A stretch of 62,425 bases of DNA, the filler included, from Basidioascus undulatus (lineage: Eukaryota): the NCBI GenBank assembly GCA_000826855.1. It is 6 parts of 6 records of this genome, joined end to end, with 100 filler letters (N's around TTAATTAATTAA, not from the genome) between each part and the next. Parts side by side here need not be neighbours in the genome. Positions count along the whole stretch, not along the records: positions 35,037 to 62,425 come from JTLS01000166.1; 5 more parts are not named here. The stretch is one strand, 5' to 3'. The translations under genes were made by a program, and so were the position numbers. The notes below the pieces were generated by a model that was given only the letters and a program-made list of their open reading frames with translations, had not been told where the DNA came from and ran no database searches. Positions 34,937-47,127 of this stretch are shown in pieces (the first letter of the stretch is position 1; every line of letters starts with the position of its first letter).

Positions 34937-35036
34937 NNNNNNNNNNNNNNNNNNNNNNNNNNNNNNNNNNNNNNNNNNNNTTAATTAATTAANNNNNNNN
35001 NNNNNNNNNNNNNNNNNNNNNNNNNNNNNNNNNNNN
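34937..35036. other. Artificial contig linker
   Basis: N44-TTAATTAATTAA-N44. Confidence 0.98.
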
Positions 35037-35211
35037 GCAGGAGATGGAAGGGATCGTGCGAGAGTTTATCGGGGAGGTGCTAGAGGTCAGGGGAGGGAAG
35101 GGGAAAGATGTTTTTGAGGAGGTGCTTGAGGAGGGAGGGGAGAGGGGATGGTTGAGGGGGATGGTTGGCGTAGATTTCTGCAACGTCGATGCTGCTCTTC
35201 CGTTTAGATGA
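35037..35211 (+). CDS. 3' end of an unidentified gene
   Basis: Open frame EMEGIVREFIGEVLEVRGG...WLRGMVGVDFCNVDAALPFR* with the G-rich codon use seen at other gene 3' ends here. Family not recognised. Confidence 0.4.
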
Positions 35212-36333
35212 CGGGCACTGTCTGTGCTTCGGGTGCGGTTTGTCAAGTGTGTTTGACTGACGCTTGTATCTATGCATATATCCAAGAGCGGCGTACTATC
35301 TGACAAGCACCAGCAGTCGTTTGCGCTACCATGCGCTACCACGCCAGGCCCAAGCCCCAATGGGGTCTGGCTCACACTGGCTGAAGAGTCGGAGGTGCTT
35401 CACGGTTTTATCTAAGAGTGTTCAATCGCTCTCTTGCTCTTCCTCAATTTGCTCCTTCCTATCCCTCTTCACCGGGGGCTCCCTCAGAATTTGGCGCTTC
35501 ACAGCGTCCTCTCTGCACGTGCAGCGACGCGGATAGAGCGACAACCTTGGAGGACCTTCGTTCTTTCGACCAAGACCTTCTTCAACTAGAATGAGCTCAA
35601 ACACACAACCACGACCCCTGTTTCCGGCAGTGCTGTCCTCCAAAGCGGTGGCGGTCGAAGGTGAGCGCTTTCTCCCCGCCAGGTGCTGCTTCCGCTCACG
35701 TCCCCCTCTCAGCCACCTCCGCCCCGTCCCCCAGCCCCGAGTCGTTCCTCGGCAAGCGGCCGACGCCTGAAGAGTGTGTGCTCTTTCGTATAATATTAAT
35801 GTTCTCCCGATGACCGGGGCTGACTTAGAGGCTAGAATCCCGATCCATGTCTGCGCATACGACTGTGCGCCCGTCTCTTGTGGTCGTCCTCTGCGAGAAA
35901 TAGCTGACATTGCCTTGGGGAATATCAGCGTGCTACCGGCTTTATCCGTCGCACGAGAAACTCATGATCCACCGGAAGCGCGACCATAATACTGAGGATG
36001 AGGGGTCCATTATCAGCTGGTGAACGAAGGGGAAGGTCTACACCTGATCATGACTGCCAGTACGTCGCGTTCGCTTTCTTAGTTGCTGAGGGTGCATTGA
36101 CATCGTGGACTTTGCAGGAAGCTATACCTATATCAGAGACCTCGGCGCGGTCAATGCCGCGCCCTTTAGCAGACTTTATACGCCCCGCGCCGGCATGGCG
36201 GACGTTGCGGGGCGCCGGTAAGAAGGTCGGGGGAGAAGAGAAGATGGGAGGAAAGGGCATGCGTGCTTGTAGGCTCTCCGCGCATGTACATTCACATCAA
36301 GCCGCAGACGCAGACGGGATGCATTCGCTCATC

Positions 36334-36806
36334 TCATTGTTCAATACATGATCCCGCATCATTGAAGTACAGAAAACATAGCGCATTCGAGCTCGGTCGA
36401 TCAGATTCCAACAGGGTGTAGTCATCAAATTGGCCTGGATGCCATCTTTGCTGAGCGGAGGTGCGAAACGCCCATCAGCTCGCTCGCCCCTCCCGAGAAG
36501 GCGTGAAAGCGGGACGCACCTTCATCTCCTGGCTCTTGCGCGTGCTCGGGCGGAAGCTCCGCATGCCGCCCGTGCGCATGGCGCGAACGGCGTGGAAGGC
36601 GATGAAGGACCCGATGCCCATGAGGCCGAGCATGGCGGTGATCGCCTGTCAGGTGAGATGAGGCGTTAGTCTTGTTCGTGTGGGGTGGTGTGAGAGTGGG
36701 GAGAGCGCACCTTGGGGCTCGTACGGTACCCGTAGATGACGTGCAGGGCGCGGTTGTTGCACCAGAGAGACAGGTTCTCGCGAAAGGGCTCGATGGTGTG
36801 CGGCAT
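36334..36806 (-). CDS. Small (about 112 aa) single-pass membrane protein of unknown function
   Basis: Exons 36806-36711, 36645-36520 and 36450-36334, joined by phase-0 GT-AG introns with branch-like motifs. Product MPHTIEPFRENLSLW...AITAMLGLMGIGSFIAFHAV... Confidence 0.6.
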
Positions 36807-38161
36807 CGTGAGAGTGCTTGCGGTGGTGGCATGTGTAATCTGTGGCTGGTGGTTGGTTCGGTGGGTGGAAGATGGGAGGTGGGGTGCAGCGAGCGCCCGC
36901 ACTTTTTATGTTCTTTGTGGCTACCCCGGTCCGGAGACCACCCGGGGGGTAGATTCCATGAAATCACACATACACCTGTGCATGAACGCCATGAAGCAAG
37001 GGTTGTGGACGCTGCGCGAAACAGCTGCAGGAGCGAGTAGGAAGCCGGAAGAATTTGCCCGCAGAACCAATGGGAAGCCCCGAAAGGGCAATCCGTGGGG
37101 CTTCAAGGGGCTTCATGTTGTTTCTTTACTTCGTTGTTTGGTACAATGTTGTGGTGTAAAAGCTTGGCAAAGAAGCGGAAGAGCACTCACGCGGACGCAG
37201 CAGAGCGTTGTCGGTTCTGGAATGAGGAACGGCACAGTGAACCGGTTCTCGATATCCTTGTGAGGTCGACTACTGGGGAACCAGACTACGTACAAGCATT
37301 ATACTCCAAGAATAGTCATTAGTCTACTCAAATTCCAAAGCAGCAGGGGTCAGTCACGGTGCAAGATTCATCGTCGCAGTGCTACAGCAGAGCCTGAAAT
37401 CACCGTGGAACATCGCCCCACCGTTCGCCCTTGCAGTAATGTGCTGGTTATGTTTGATTAGATTATCCCAAGGAACCCTTCGAAATGAAGAGGCTGCAGT
37501 CATCTTCTGCTAGCATAACCGATAATAAGGACGAGGAGACTCGTCCGCAGAGCGTTCTTAAAAGCAAGTGCTTTGCCTTTAAGAATCGACTTGGCTTCTA
37601 AAGCACTTCAGGATAACTATGATATTGTGTTCCTATATCTGAGCTTCACGCAGCTTAATCCCCGGTCACCCTCTTGCATGAAGATGTTGATACGCCCACC
37701 TGCGGGCTACACATAAAGTGTTGTCTCTTACGTCACCCCACGGGAGCGGCCCGAAAGCATCTGAAGAGTTTCATGAGAGTTTTTCTCAGGCAATCATCGG
37801 AACAAGCTACGTTTCCTAAGCACCGCCGTGTCGGGCGGCGTTGTCAGCCCGCGAACGAGGGAATGCGCACAAGTGACCGAGAGGCTCATGATTTAATTAC
37901 TGTCAAGTATTTATATCTAGCTTTGTAAACTCAAACACACTTCTCTCATTAACCCCAGGCAGTGAGGCTTAATCATGGCCAGCAACATGCGACCCGAAAC
38001 ACGTCGGCGTCGCATCGATAGCCCGCGGTAGGTCGATAGTTGTCTTTACAGCCTGATATGTTATCATGTCTGTTTTGTAGAAAAAATACTGAGCATGCTC
38101 TGGTCAACCAAAGCGGAGAGAAGGGTAAACATCCCATCAGAGTGCAAAAAGCAAAAGCAAA

Positions 38162-38234
38162 TGACCACTGCAGGGCTCGATCCTGCGACATTTTGCGTGT
38201 TAAGCAAACACTCTGCCAACTGAGTTAAGCGGCC
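38162..38234 (-). tRNA. tRNA-Val(AAC)
   Basis: GGCCGCTTAACTCAGTTGGCAGAGTGTTTGCTTAACACGCAAAATGTCGCAGGATCGAGCCCTGCAGTGGTCA folds into a full cloverleaf with anticodon arm TTTGC-TTAACAC-GCAAA. T-runs follow. Confidence 0.92.
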
Positions 38235-39135
38235 GTTGTAACACAATGCTCAAGCTAAATATACAATGTGATTCAGTAGTGGCTGGCAAATGGGGAGCCC
38301 GACAGCTGCCTAAACGTTGTCTGTGCAAGTGACAGGCTCTATGCAGCGGAGAACTTGGCAGAGTGGTTACACATTCTGAACACGATGCTCCTTCCAGGGT
38401 TATCACTCTTTCATGTTCTGTGATGGTGAAGAAAGTCTTGGAAGCTGCTGGCCGCTGCAGCACACTGTGCGTCTTCCTTCCGATGCTCAACTTGCATACT
38501 GTCATGTTGGCACCGCTGATCAAACCTAGAATATAATAAATGTTTGGTTTCCAGCAGTCGTAGCAATCAACACATTGTGTCCAGCACTGGCGGTCGATCG
38601 TCGAGAACAAGGGACAACGACAGAAACAAAAAATGGCTGCCGGGTTCTGCCTCATGATGGAGGCCCACCTTCTCTCGCTCCTCCAACCAACTCCAACTTG
38701 ATCTCTGACCTCAGCGCTTGAAGCTCTCATTCGGCCTCCTCTGAATTCATAGCTCATACTAGACATTTCGCTAGACGCGCTCAACCACGTAAAAACATCC
38801 GCAATCATCGCTAGGAGCGGTGACGCTCGCGTGCAGCGATGCACTGCGTCCGCTCCGCCCTTCGGCGCTCGACGGTGACGGGGGGATTGAGGCCAGGGTG
38901 GGCTGGAGAGGGAAGGGGGGCGCTGCATTCAATGCTTAGGAGGAGTTACACTTCTGTGAGTTTCAGTGCGCATAATCTGCGTGCCCGGGGTTTGGCTATG
39001 TGAGGTGCTGCGTACGAACGAGTCGGGCTCGAGGGCACGCGAGCGCAATCCTCCGGAGCGATCTGCCCGAGTATCGGCGGATATTTGCACTCAACATCAC
39101 TCATGGGTTTGGACACGCACTGATCTTTGGAGTCG

Positions 39136-41611
39136 ATGCTGCAGTCACTATCCAAGTCGCCCTTATCGTCTCCACAACTGCTCCGCTCGTCCAGACCGAT
39201 TTCACTGCCGCCTAAACCCTTCCGTGCGGCTCGCCAATCGCACACCCACGCCTCCCACCCATCACCATCACATTCTTCCCGGACCCCGTACTACCTTCTA
39301 CTTCTCATACCCAGCGGTCTCTGGCTCCTCCACACCCCGACTGCTCCCCCATCTCAACCCGTCTTCTCCCATCCCGCCCTCATCCCTTGCCGCCCTCAAC
39401 CGGTCGTCTCGGCGTCTTCCCCTCTCGAAAACTCCCGCTCTCTCTTCCGCCGCTTCATCCTCGAACCGCTCTTCATCCTCCGCCGCTCCCTATGGCTCGC
39501 GATCCTGTTCGCGCCAGTGATCCTCGGCGTGCCGATGCTGTGGCTCGGCAAGAAGGGCCCTCGGATATGGTATCGACTGTTAACGGCGCAGATGGCGAGG
39601 GCAGGGCCGACTTTCATCAAAGTACGTAAATAACTCCAACATCCTATGTGGACTCTGAAGCTGACGTGCTCTCCAGCTTGGCCAATGGGCTGCGTCTCGC
39701 ACCGACTTGTTTCCGCCCGAGCTCTGCCACACTCTCGGCAAGCTGCACTCCTCCGCGCGCCCTCACCACCTCGCGCATACGCGCCGCGTCCTCACGCGCA
39801 CGTACGACGGCGCCGACAACCTCGACGACATCTTCGAGGCCTTCGACCCGCAGCCGATCGGCTGCGGCGCGATCGCGCAGGTCTATCGCGGCACGCTGAA
39901 GGAGGACGTCGTCCCGAGCGAGTGGGGCACGCCGAAGAAGCGCTCGCGCGAGGGCGTCGTCGGCGAGATCGTCACGGGCGTTTTGGAAGAGGAAGGCGAC
40001 CGGTGGGAAGGCGACCCTCCGAGTCGGGAGGTCGCGGTCAAGGTTCTGCATCGTGAGCATCATACGGCATTTCATACTGCTGGGTTAGAGTCAAGCTCAC
40101 CGAAGTTCGCAGCGCACGTCGCCGAGTTGATCGAGCGCGACCTCAAGATCCTCCACCTCGGCGCGACGCTCATCACGCTCATCCCCGGCATGCAGTGGCT
40201 GTCATTGCCAGAGGAGGTCGAGGTCTTCGGCGACTTCATGCGCTCCCAGCTCGACCTCCGCAACGAGGCGCGCAACCTCCGCCGCTTCGAGGACAACTTC
40301 CGCGAGCGACGTGGCGCGGTGAGCTTCCCGCGCCCTGTCGAGGGCCTGTGCGGCCGCGAGGTCCTCGTCGAGGAGTTCGAGGACGCTCTACCGCTAAAGG
40401 CGTTCTTGCGCATGGGCGGCGGCGGGTTCGAGGAGCGGATAGCGGGGCTTGGGCTGGACGCGTTCCTGGTAAGCCGGGTGGGTCTTCTGAGGGCGAGCGA
40501 CTGTTGACCTCCTTTTCTTTCCTCAGAACATGCTGCTCATCGACAACTTTGCGCACGCCGACTTGCACCCAGGTGCGCTCCCTTCTCCTTTCTCGTGCGA
40601 CTTCCTTCCCTTACCTCGGAGCTTGTTGCAGGCAACATCTACATCAAATTCTACAAGCCCTCTTCCTCCGACCTCTTCAAAAACATCCTCTCCTCCCTCT
40701 TCAACCGCCCCCGCTCCCAAACCGACCTGGCGATGTCCGACTCGTCCGAAGCGATCATCAAGCGCCTGCTGCCGCTGGTGCGCACGCACTCGCGCGAAGA
40801 GTGGCTCGCGGCGCTGCGCCTGCTCGACGAGCAGGGCTACCAGCCCGAGCTCATCCTCATCGACACCGGGCTCGTCACGGAGCTCGACGAGGTCAACCGC
40901 CGCAACTTCCTCGAGCTCTTTCAGGCCGTCGCCGAGTTCGACGGCTACCGCGCGGGGAAGCTCATGGTAGAGCGCTGCCGCACGCCCGAGCTCGCCGTCG
41001 ACCCCGAGACGTTTGCGCTCAAGATGCAGCATCTCGTCCTCGGCGTCAAGAGCAAGACGTTCACGCTGGCCAAGATCAAGATCTCCGACATACTGTCGCA
41101 GGTCCTCAGCGCCGTTCGCGAGCACCATGTCAAGATGGAGGGGGACTTTGTGTATGCTGCGGTATTGCTTGTCTTCTAAAGTCCGAAGAGCTCACCAATT
41201 TCTGGAATCGTAGCAACACTGTCATCTCGATCCTGCTCCTCGAGGGCATCGGCCGCCAGCTTGATCCCCAGCTCGACCTCTTCAAAGCCGCGCTTCCGAT
41301 CCTGCGTCAGCTCGGCAAACAGATGGGCACGCGGGAGTCCATCAGCCAAGTCCCTCGTGGCGACCTCGGTGCTATGCTGAAGGTGCGCCGTCCAATTCCT
41401 TGCCTGGCCGACAGAGGCTTTCCTGACGCTTTCGTTTCGCCCGCGCGAAGATCTGGGTTTATTTGGAGGCTCGTTCTTTGGCTTCCTCGGTGCTCGACAC
41501 GGACAACTTGATCAAATACGACTGGTGTGTGACCACTTTGTGTCTAAGTAACTTGAACGCACAGTTGGCTGATCTCTTCGGTGTTTGCTCAGGCTGTCGC
41601 CGAACGTCTGA
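39136..41611 (+). CDS. ABC1/UbiB atypical kinase, ADCK2/Cqd1 (YPL109C)-like
   Basis: AGPTFIK|LGQWAASRTDLFP, PIGCGAIAQVYRG, VAVKVLH, QLDLRNEARNL, MLLIDNFAHADLHPG|NI, IDTGLV and EGIGRQLDPQLDLF. Basic, Ser-rich presequence-like N-terminus. Confidence 0.93.
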
Positions 41612-42206
41612 CGAGACTTCCGAGGGACTTGACGAGATTCTTTACGACATTATAATTTTCATGTTTCGTTTGTACGATAGAGTTTGTTGTCAGGGAGACG
41701 GTTTGACTCGTTGGGATCATTGAAGGGCACCGAAGAGCGCTCAGCTGTCGGCATCCGGGAACCTTTGCGCAGCCGCCTGCAGGAAGTCGCTTCGCCCGGT
41801 CAAGCGTACGCTCGTAATCGGGACAATAAGGTATGCGCAAGTTAGTATCGACGCCGATTTGGTCGATCGCGGTGCCACCGAACCCAACCGATCCCGAGTG
41901 ACAGAGAGAGATGGGCGAGTTTGGGCGAGTTCAAATTTTCAGCCTCGCAACGCGGGGCCATCAGGCAGCGGCTACCCTGGCAGGCACCATTTGTCGCAAG
42001 GTTAAGCGGTCAAGACCCACTGAGCTGAACCGAGTCAGAACAGAGAGCACAATGAAAAATTGACAGGCGTCCCGAGAAATGCAGGCTGACTCAAAATAAT
42101 CACGTCAACTAGGACCGTCCTCACGCACACCTTCCCGAGGTCTCAATCTTGACTCGCTATCCATTGCGTCCATCGCATCCAAGTTGCTGCTCGCTGTAAG
42201 GAAGCC

Positions 42207-44433
42207 ATGTCGAGCAGTGCAGCGGGACCGTCCGAGCATACTGCGCTTCTCGATAGGAGGGATAGCGAGCAGCAGCGGCTGGATGCGAACGCGAAGCCGA
42301 CACCGACTCCGTTACCTTGGGCACAGCTGGGGACCGTCCTCGTCTTGAGAGTATCGGAACCCATCGCCTTTACGTCCATATTTCCGTTTGTCAACCGAGT
42401 GAGTTCGCAAAGAATATCTTGATCGACGCATTGCTCCTGACGCCCGGCGGGGCAACGCGAACAGATGATCGAGGATTTGCATGTTACGGACGACCCTGCT
42501 AGTGTGGGTCTCGTCCAAATACCTCCAGCTGAGGTCAACTCACAAGCGCTGTTCCACAGGTCGGATACTACTCTGGAATCCTGGAATCCCTCTTCGCCGT
42601 CGCCCAATTCCTGACCGGTCCGTCTGCATCCGAATCTTGCCAGCTTCTGACCTTTGGCTACTTCGACAGTATTCCATTGGGGCTCGCTCAGTGACCGAAT
42701 CGGGCGTCGCCCGGTCATTCTGCTCGGATTCACGGGGGTGGGCGTGTCTGTCTTGCTGTTCGGGCTTTCTCAAGCGTTCTGGTGGGCGTGCGCAGCGAGG
42801 ATTCTCGCAGGCGCTTTGAACGGAAAGTAAGCGCCTCCTTGTGTTGCCCTACTTGTGGAGGAAGTTGCATGCTGACGGGTCGCTCTCAGTGCGCCTGTTG
42901 TACGGAGCATGATCGGCGAGATGACCGATTCGACTAATTCTGCTCGCGCCTTCTCGTTCTTTCCCCTCTCCTGGGTCGTGGGAAGCATCATCGGGTACGC
43001 ACGACTGTCTCACAACCATCCCGAGTGTCCTATCTAACACAGCATGAGAAGTCCCCTTCTCGGCGGCTTTTTGAGTCGTCCCGCAGAGCGGTACCCATCC
43101 CTGTTCGGGTCCATCGCCCTCTTCAAGGACTTTCCATATCTCCTCCCATGCGCGGTGGCGTCAGCGTTTACATTCACCAGCGTCGGTGTGGGGTACTTCT
43201 ACCTCAAAGAAGTGCGTTCGACGTGCACACCCTGGCCGCAAAGTGCTGACGCGGGCGGTCGTGCGCAGACGCTCAACAAGAAGCGGCCGGAGGACATCAT
43301 CGTCAGCTCTTCCCAGCCATTGGACGTCAAGCCCGCGGCGGTCTCGTCCGCTGATTCAATCTCATCTGCCTCGTCTGCAAGGCTCTCTGCATCCGACGAG
43401 CCGCGTTCCTCGACGATGCTCCACGGCCCGCAGCCCCTGGGCATCTTGCTCCGGTCGAAGCCTCTTGTGGCTGTCCTCACCTCTTACTTCCTCGCTACGA
43501 CAGTCTGGATTGCCTTGTAAGCCATGACTTTTTTTCTTACATTCATTCCCTGACTCTGTTGTGCAGCGACGTGGTTCTATCCCTATTCGCATACACACCC
43601 GTCAAGCGCGGTGGACTCTCGTTTTCCGTATGCTCAATCTGAACCCATCTCGATGGCACCTGGGTTGAACTGTGAGTATTGGCGGTTATAGGAACGTTCG
43701 ATCGGGATCGCCCTCGCTACAGCGGCTTGCTTCCGGATTGCGCTGCAGCTTCTTCTCTTCCCCCCGATTCAGAGGCGGTTTGGTACTTTGGCGATCTATC
43801 AGAAAGCCCTCCTTCTTTGGTGTGAGTGTTTCGCTTCTATGTTTAACGTCACGCGTGTTTCTAATGCTGAACAACGTGGGGCTCTGCCGTTGACTGCTGA
43901 GCAGTCCCGGTCATCGCCGCCTTCCCCGTGCTCTCCCTTATCGCGCAGCATGGCTATGATGTCGAGACCGAAACGTACAGCCCTGGGTCACTGGCTATCC
44001 TCTGGGCAGCATTGAGCTTGATGCTCATCATCAAGTGCTGCATTGTACGTTTCCTTCAGGCTTTCACTGACGGCAGCAGTCCTGCTCATTGCACCCTCCC
44101 TGTCCCGCACTCAGGGACTCATCTTCGTCTGCAACATGATCCTCGTCAATGCCGCAGCACCTTCGCGCTCTTCGCTCGGGCGTGTGAACGGGTTAGCTGG
44201 GATGGTCGCAGCGGCATCGCACGCTGTGGCCCCGACAATGGCTACAACCCTCTTCGCCCTCAGCAAAAACCGCGGGCTGCTAAACGGACAGTTGGTACGT
44301 TCCGCTCCCTGCTTAAAATCATGATGTGTATGACAGCACTGAAACGGAAATGGGAAATCGGCAGATCTGGGTCGTTTGGGCATTCCTCGCGTTCTGCACT
44401 GTTCTGGTCAATAGACGGCTCAAAGGACTTTAG
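42207..44433 (+). CDS. MFS transporter (YCR023C / zinc-induced facilitator-like)
   Basis: [67 protein letters not shown] and FPYLLPC. Many GT-AG introns. Confidence 0.9.
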
Positions 44434-45151
44434 ATGGAGCTCGCATTTGATACCTATAGATCTTTTCACCTTATAGTGCTCCAATACACGAGCGTTATAA
44501 TGTCTGTCTGGCGCACGGCAGCCTCACAAAAACGCGGGTGCTGCCGTGGTTGTTTCAGCAAACACTCGCACTCGGCGAGATAAACAGCTGTTCAGACATG
44601 GAACACAGCGTCGACCCGTTGTTCAGACGCAAAGCTGGTGCAAATTGTGGTGCACAGCAACGTGCGCAGCAACGGGCCATGTCTTGCCAGGGCCGATCCC
44701 AACCGGCACTGCTCCGCTGTCCCTTATATCAACATTCAGCTTCGACGGACCGCTGGCTTTCAATCATACTAAACTAATTGAATCAGACTTGCTTGTGTCA
44801 ATGGGCAAGACTTGCCAGCGATCTGCGGGGGGTGTTACAGGATTCGGATAACCCACAACCGCCCGCGAACCGCACGCAAACCACCCATAGTTTTAAGCTC
44901 TTGTTCATGTTTATGGTGCACACAGTTTATAAAGACACCGCCAGCAATCGGTTTGAAAAGTGACGTTCAGATCATGAGCAGTCAAATGAGCAAAGCGGCC
45001 ACTCACTGATCTGAGCTGTCGCAAATTGGGGACGACGCCTGGACAAACAATATGTATACTGAGCATGTTTCCTGAAGACTGAGTACTCGGACATGACCTT
45101 TTCATTGATTAGTTTTTTGTGGTTGAAGTTTAATTTGATTAACATTGTCAA

Positions 45152-45223
45152 GGGCATATGGTGTAGTGCTTAGCATCTATCTTCGCTTGGAGGAGGTCTC
45201 CGGTTCAATTCCGGATATGTCCA
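45152..45223 (+). pseudogene. tRNA-Ala(CGC)-like gene with a disrupted anticodon arm
   Basis: Acceptor stem GGGCATA/TATGTCC with G3:U70 and discriminator A. Perfect T arm TCCGG-TTCAATT-CCGGA. The D loop lacks GG, the anticodon stem (CTATC/GGAGG) is mismatched, and position 37 is a pyrimidine. Confidence 0.7.
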
Positions 45224-45759
45224 TGTCTTCTTGGATTTCTGCATTTTGGCTTCCACCGGTCATTGGGGATGATCCCACAATCGCCGCTCCTCTCCCGAAT
45301 GCGAACTGTACGCTGGCGCAGGCCGCCGTGGCCCGGCTGTGGGACGTCTGAGTGCGTTTCTGAGCGGTGCAGCTGTATACAACGAGAAGTAAGCCGAGCC
45401 GATGAGAGGTTGAAATACGGATATCTCAAGAACTAACACGACCCGACTGACTACAGGCTTGTGTGAATGAGCGACACGAGCATGGCAACGTGTCGTCGGC
45501 TGCGTGCACTTTCACCACCGTCGCTGGCTACCCAGAAGCAAAGGTAGTCATGGTGGCATTCAGGAAAATTGTTTATAGCTTTATTCTGGATTCATGTTAG
45601 ACGACGAGCCGATAAAGGGCCCAGTCTCACAGATGCACTCTTTGGCAATTCAGACAGACCCCCCTGGCCGGCGCGTCCCCCCGCCAGCACGCAACACGCG
45701 TTCTCGCTTGCCCATCGCCCACCCATTCCCATCTGCATCTCCCATATTCCCTCTCAATC

Positions 45760-46935
45760 ATGTCGTTCAATTCGGACTCTCTCTTTCTTATCAGGCAGCT
45801 GTTCTACCAAGGCACGCTCCCGTCTCGCAGAGTCCATCTGGATAGCGCGCTGAACGGCCTGTCCTTCTCGCACAGGCTCCTTCCAAGCAGCGATCAACGA
45901 GACCTCGCCTCTCCCGAGCTCGCTCTCCAACCTGGAAGACCGGCTGAAGCACGTCTACTCTCTCCGCTCGCATCTCGCTCTCGGCCTTCCCGCGCCGGCG
46001 CCCCCGTCTGAGCCGCTGGACAACTACCCAGAGCTGCGCGCCGCCCAGGCCTTCGCGGCTTACCGCGCCGGCGAGGACAAGGAGGGCGCAGTGGAATCGC
46101 TTCGGGACATAGTACTCGAGATCGAGGGAGACGAGGATGTGGCGAGGGTTGCGGGCATCGTGAAGACGTTGGCGGCGGGCGTGTTCTGGCAGGAAGGCGA
46201 GACGGAGGAGGCCCTGAGCACCCTGGGCGCTGGGACTGGCGTGCGGGATCTTGAATGGTGAGTGGTCATACAGCCTTGTTACGCATTGTACCCATCAAGC
46301 TGAACCCGTCACTGTAATTCCAGCGTCGCCCTCCTCATGCAGATCTACCTCTCGCTCTCGCGGACCGACCTTGCCCGGGCCGAGTACCAGCGCGCCAAGT
46401 TCTGGGCTGAGGACGCGCCCCTCCTGCAGATCACCGAGGGCTGGCTCGGGCTCGCTACGGGTGGCGAGGGCTACCAGCAGGCGTACTACGTCTTCGACGA
46501 GATTGCGAGCTTGCCGAGCGCCAACAACGCGACGACGCTGGTCAGCAAGGCGGTTGCGCACGCTACGCAGGGGCACTGGGACGAGGCCGAGGCGGACTTG
46601 AATGAGGCGTTGGTGATTGTGCGTGTCGGCAACATTGTTTCCGGACCGGATAGAGGAAGCTGACGTCTGTTATTGTGATGCCGGCAGGATTCGAACAACG
46701 CGAATGCGCTCGCTAACAGCATCGCAGTCGCGACCCACGCCGGAAAGTCGGCAGACGCATTCGTCTCGTACGTTGACCGTATCTTAACGATACTACTCGG
46801 TCTAAGCTAATCCTCATATCCATACGCAGTCGACTGGAAGCCGTTGCACCCGAACACCCGCTGCTCGTCGACCTTAAGGCGAAGTCTGACGCCTTTGACG
46901 CTGCAGCAGCCAAGTTCGCCGTCGCTTCTGCATGA
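45760..46935 (+). CDS. SEC28: Coatomer epsilon subunit
   Basis: DSLFLIRQLFYQG, EEALSTL, DLEC|VALLMQIYLSLSRTDLA, WAEDAPLLQITEGW, YQQAYYVFDE and HPLLVDLKAKSDAFD. The first intron (45812-45875) is GC-AG. Confidence 0.93.
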
Positions 46936-47127
46936 TGTCGCTTCTGTTTATGGATCGTTTTCGGCGTGCTTGTTGCTCAGCAGCGAATGTGCGCGCTTGG
47001 CAATCATTGGATCCGACACGCCAGCTGCTCAGAAGTGGTACATGATGACAGAAAGGCGTATACATGATAGCAAGAAACGAAGTGAAGTCTCCAAGAAGGT
47101 AGCCGGAAGGTAGGTCTGCCAAACATC

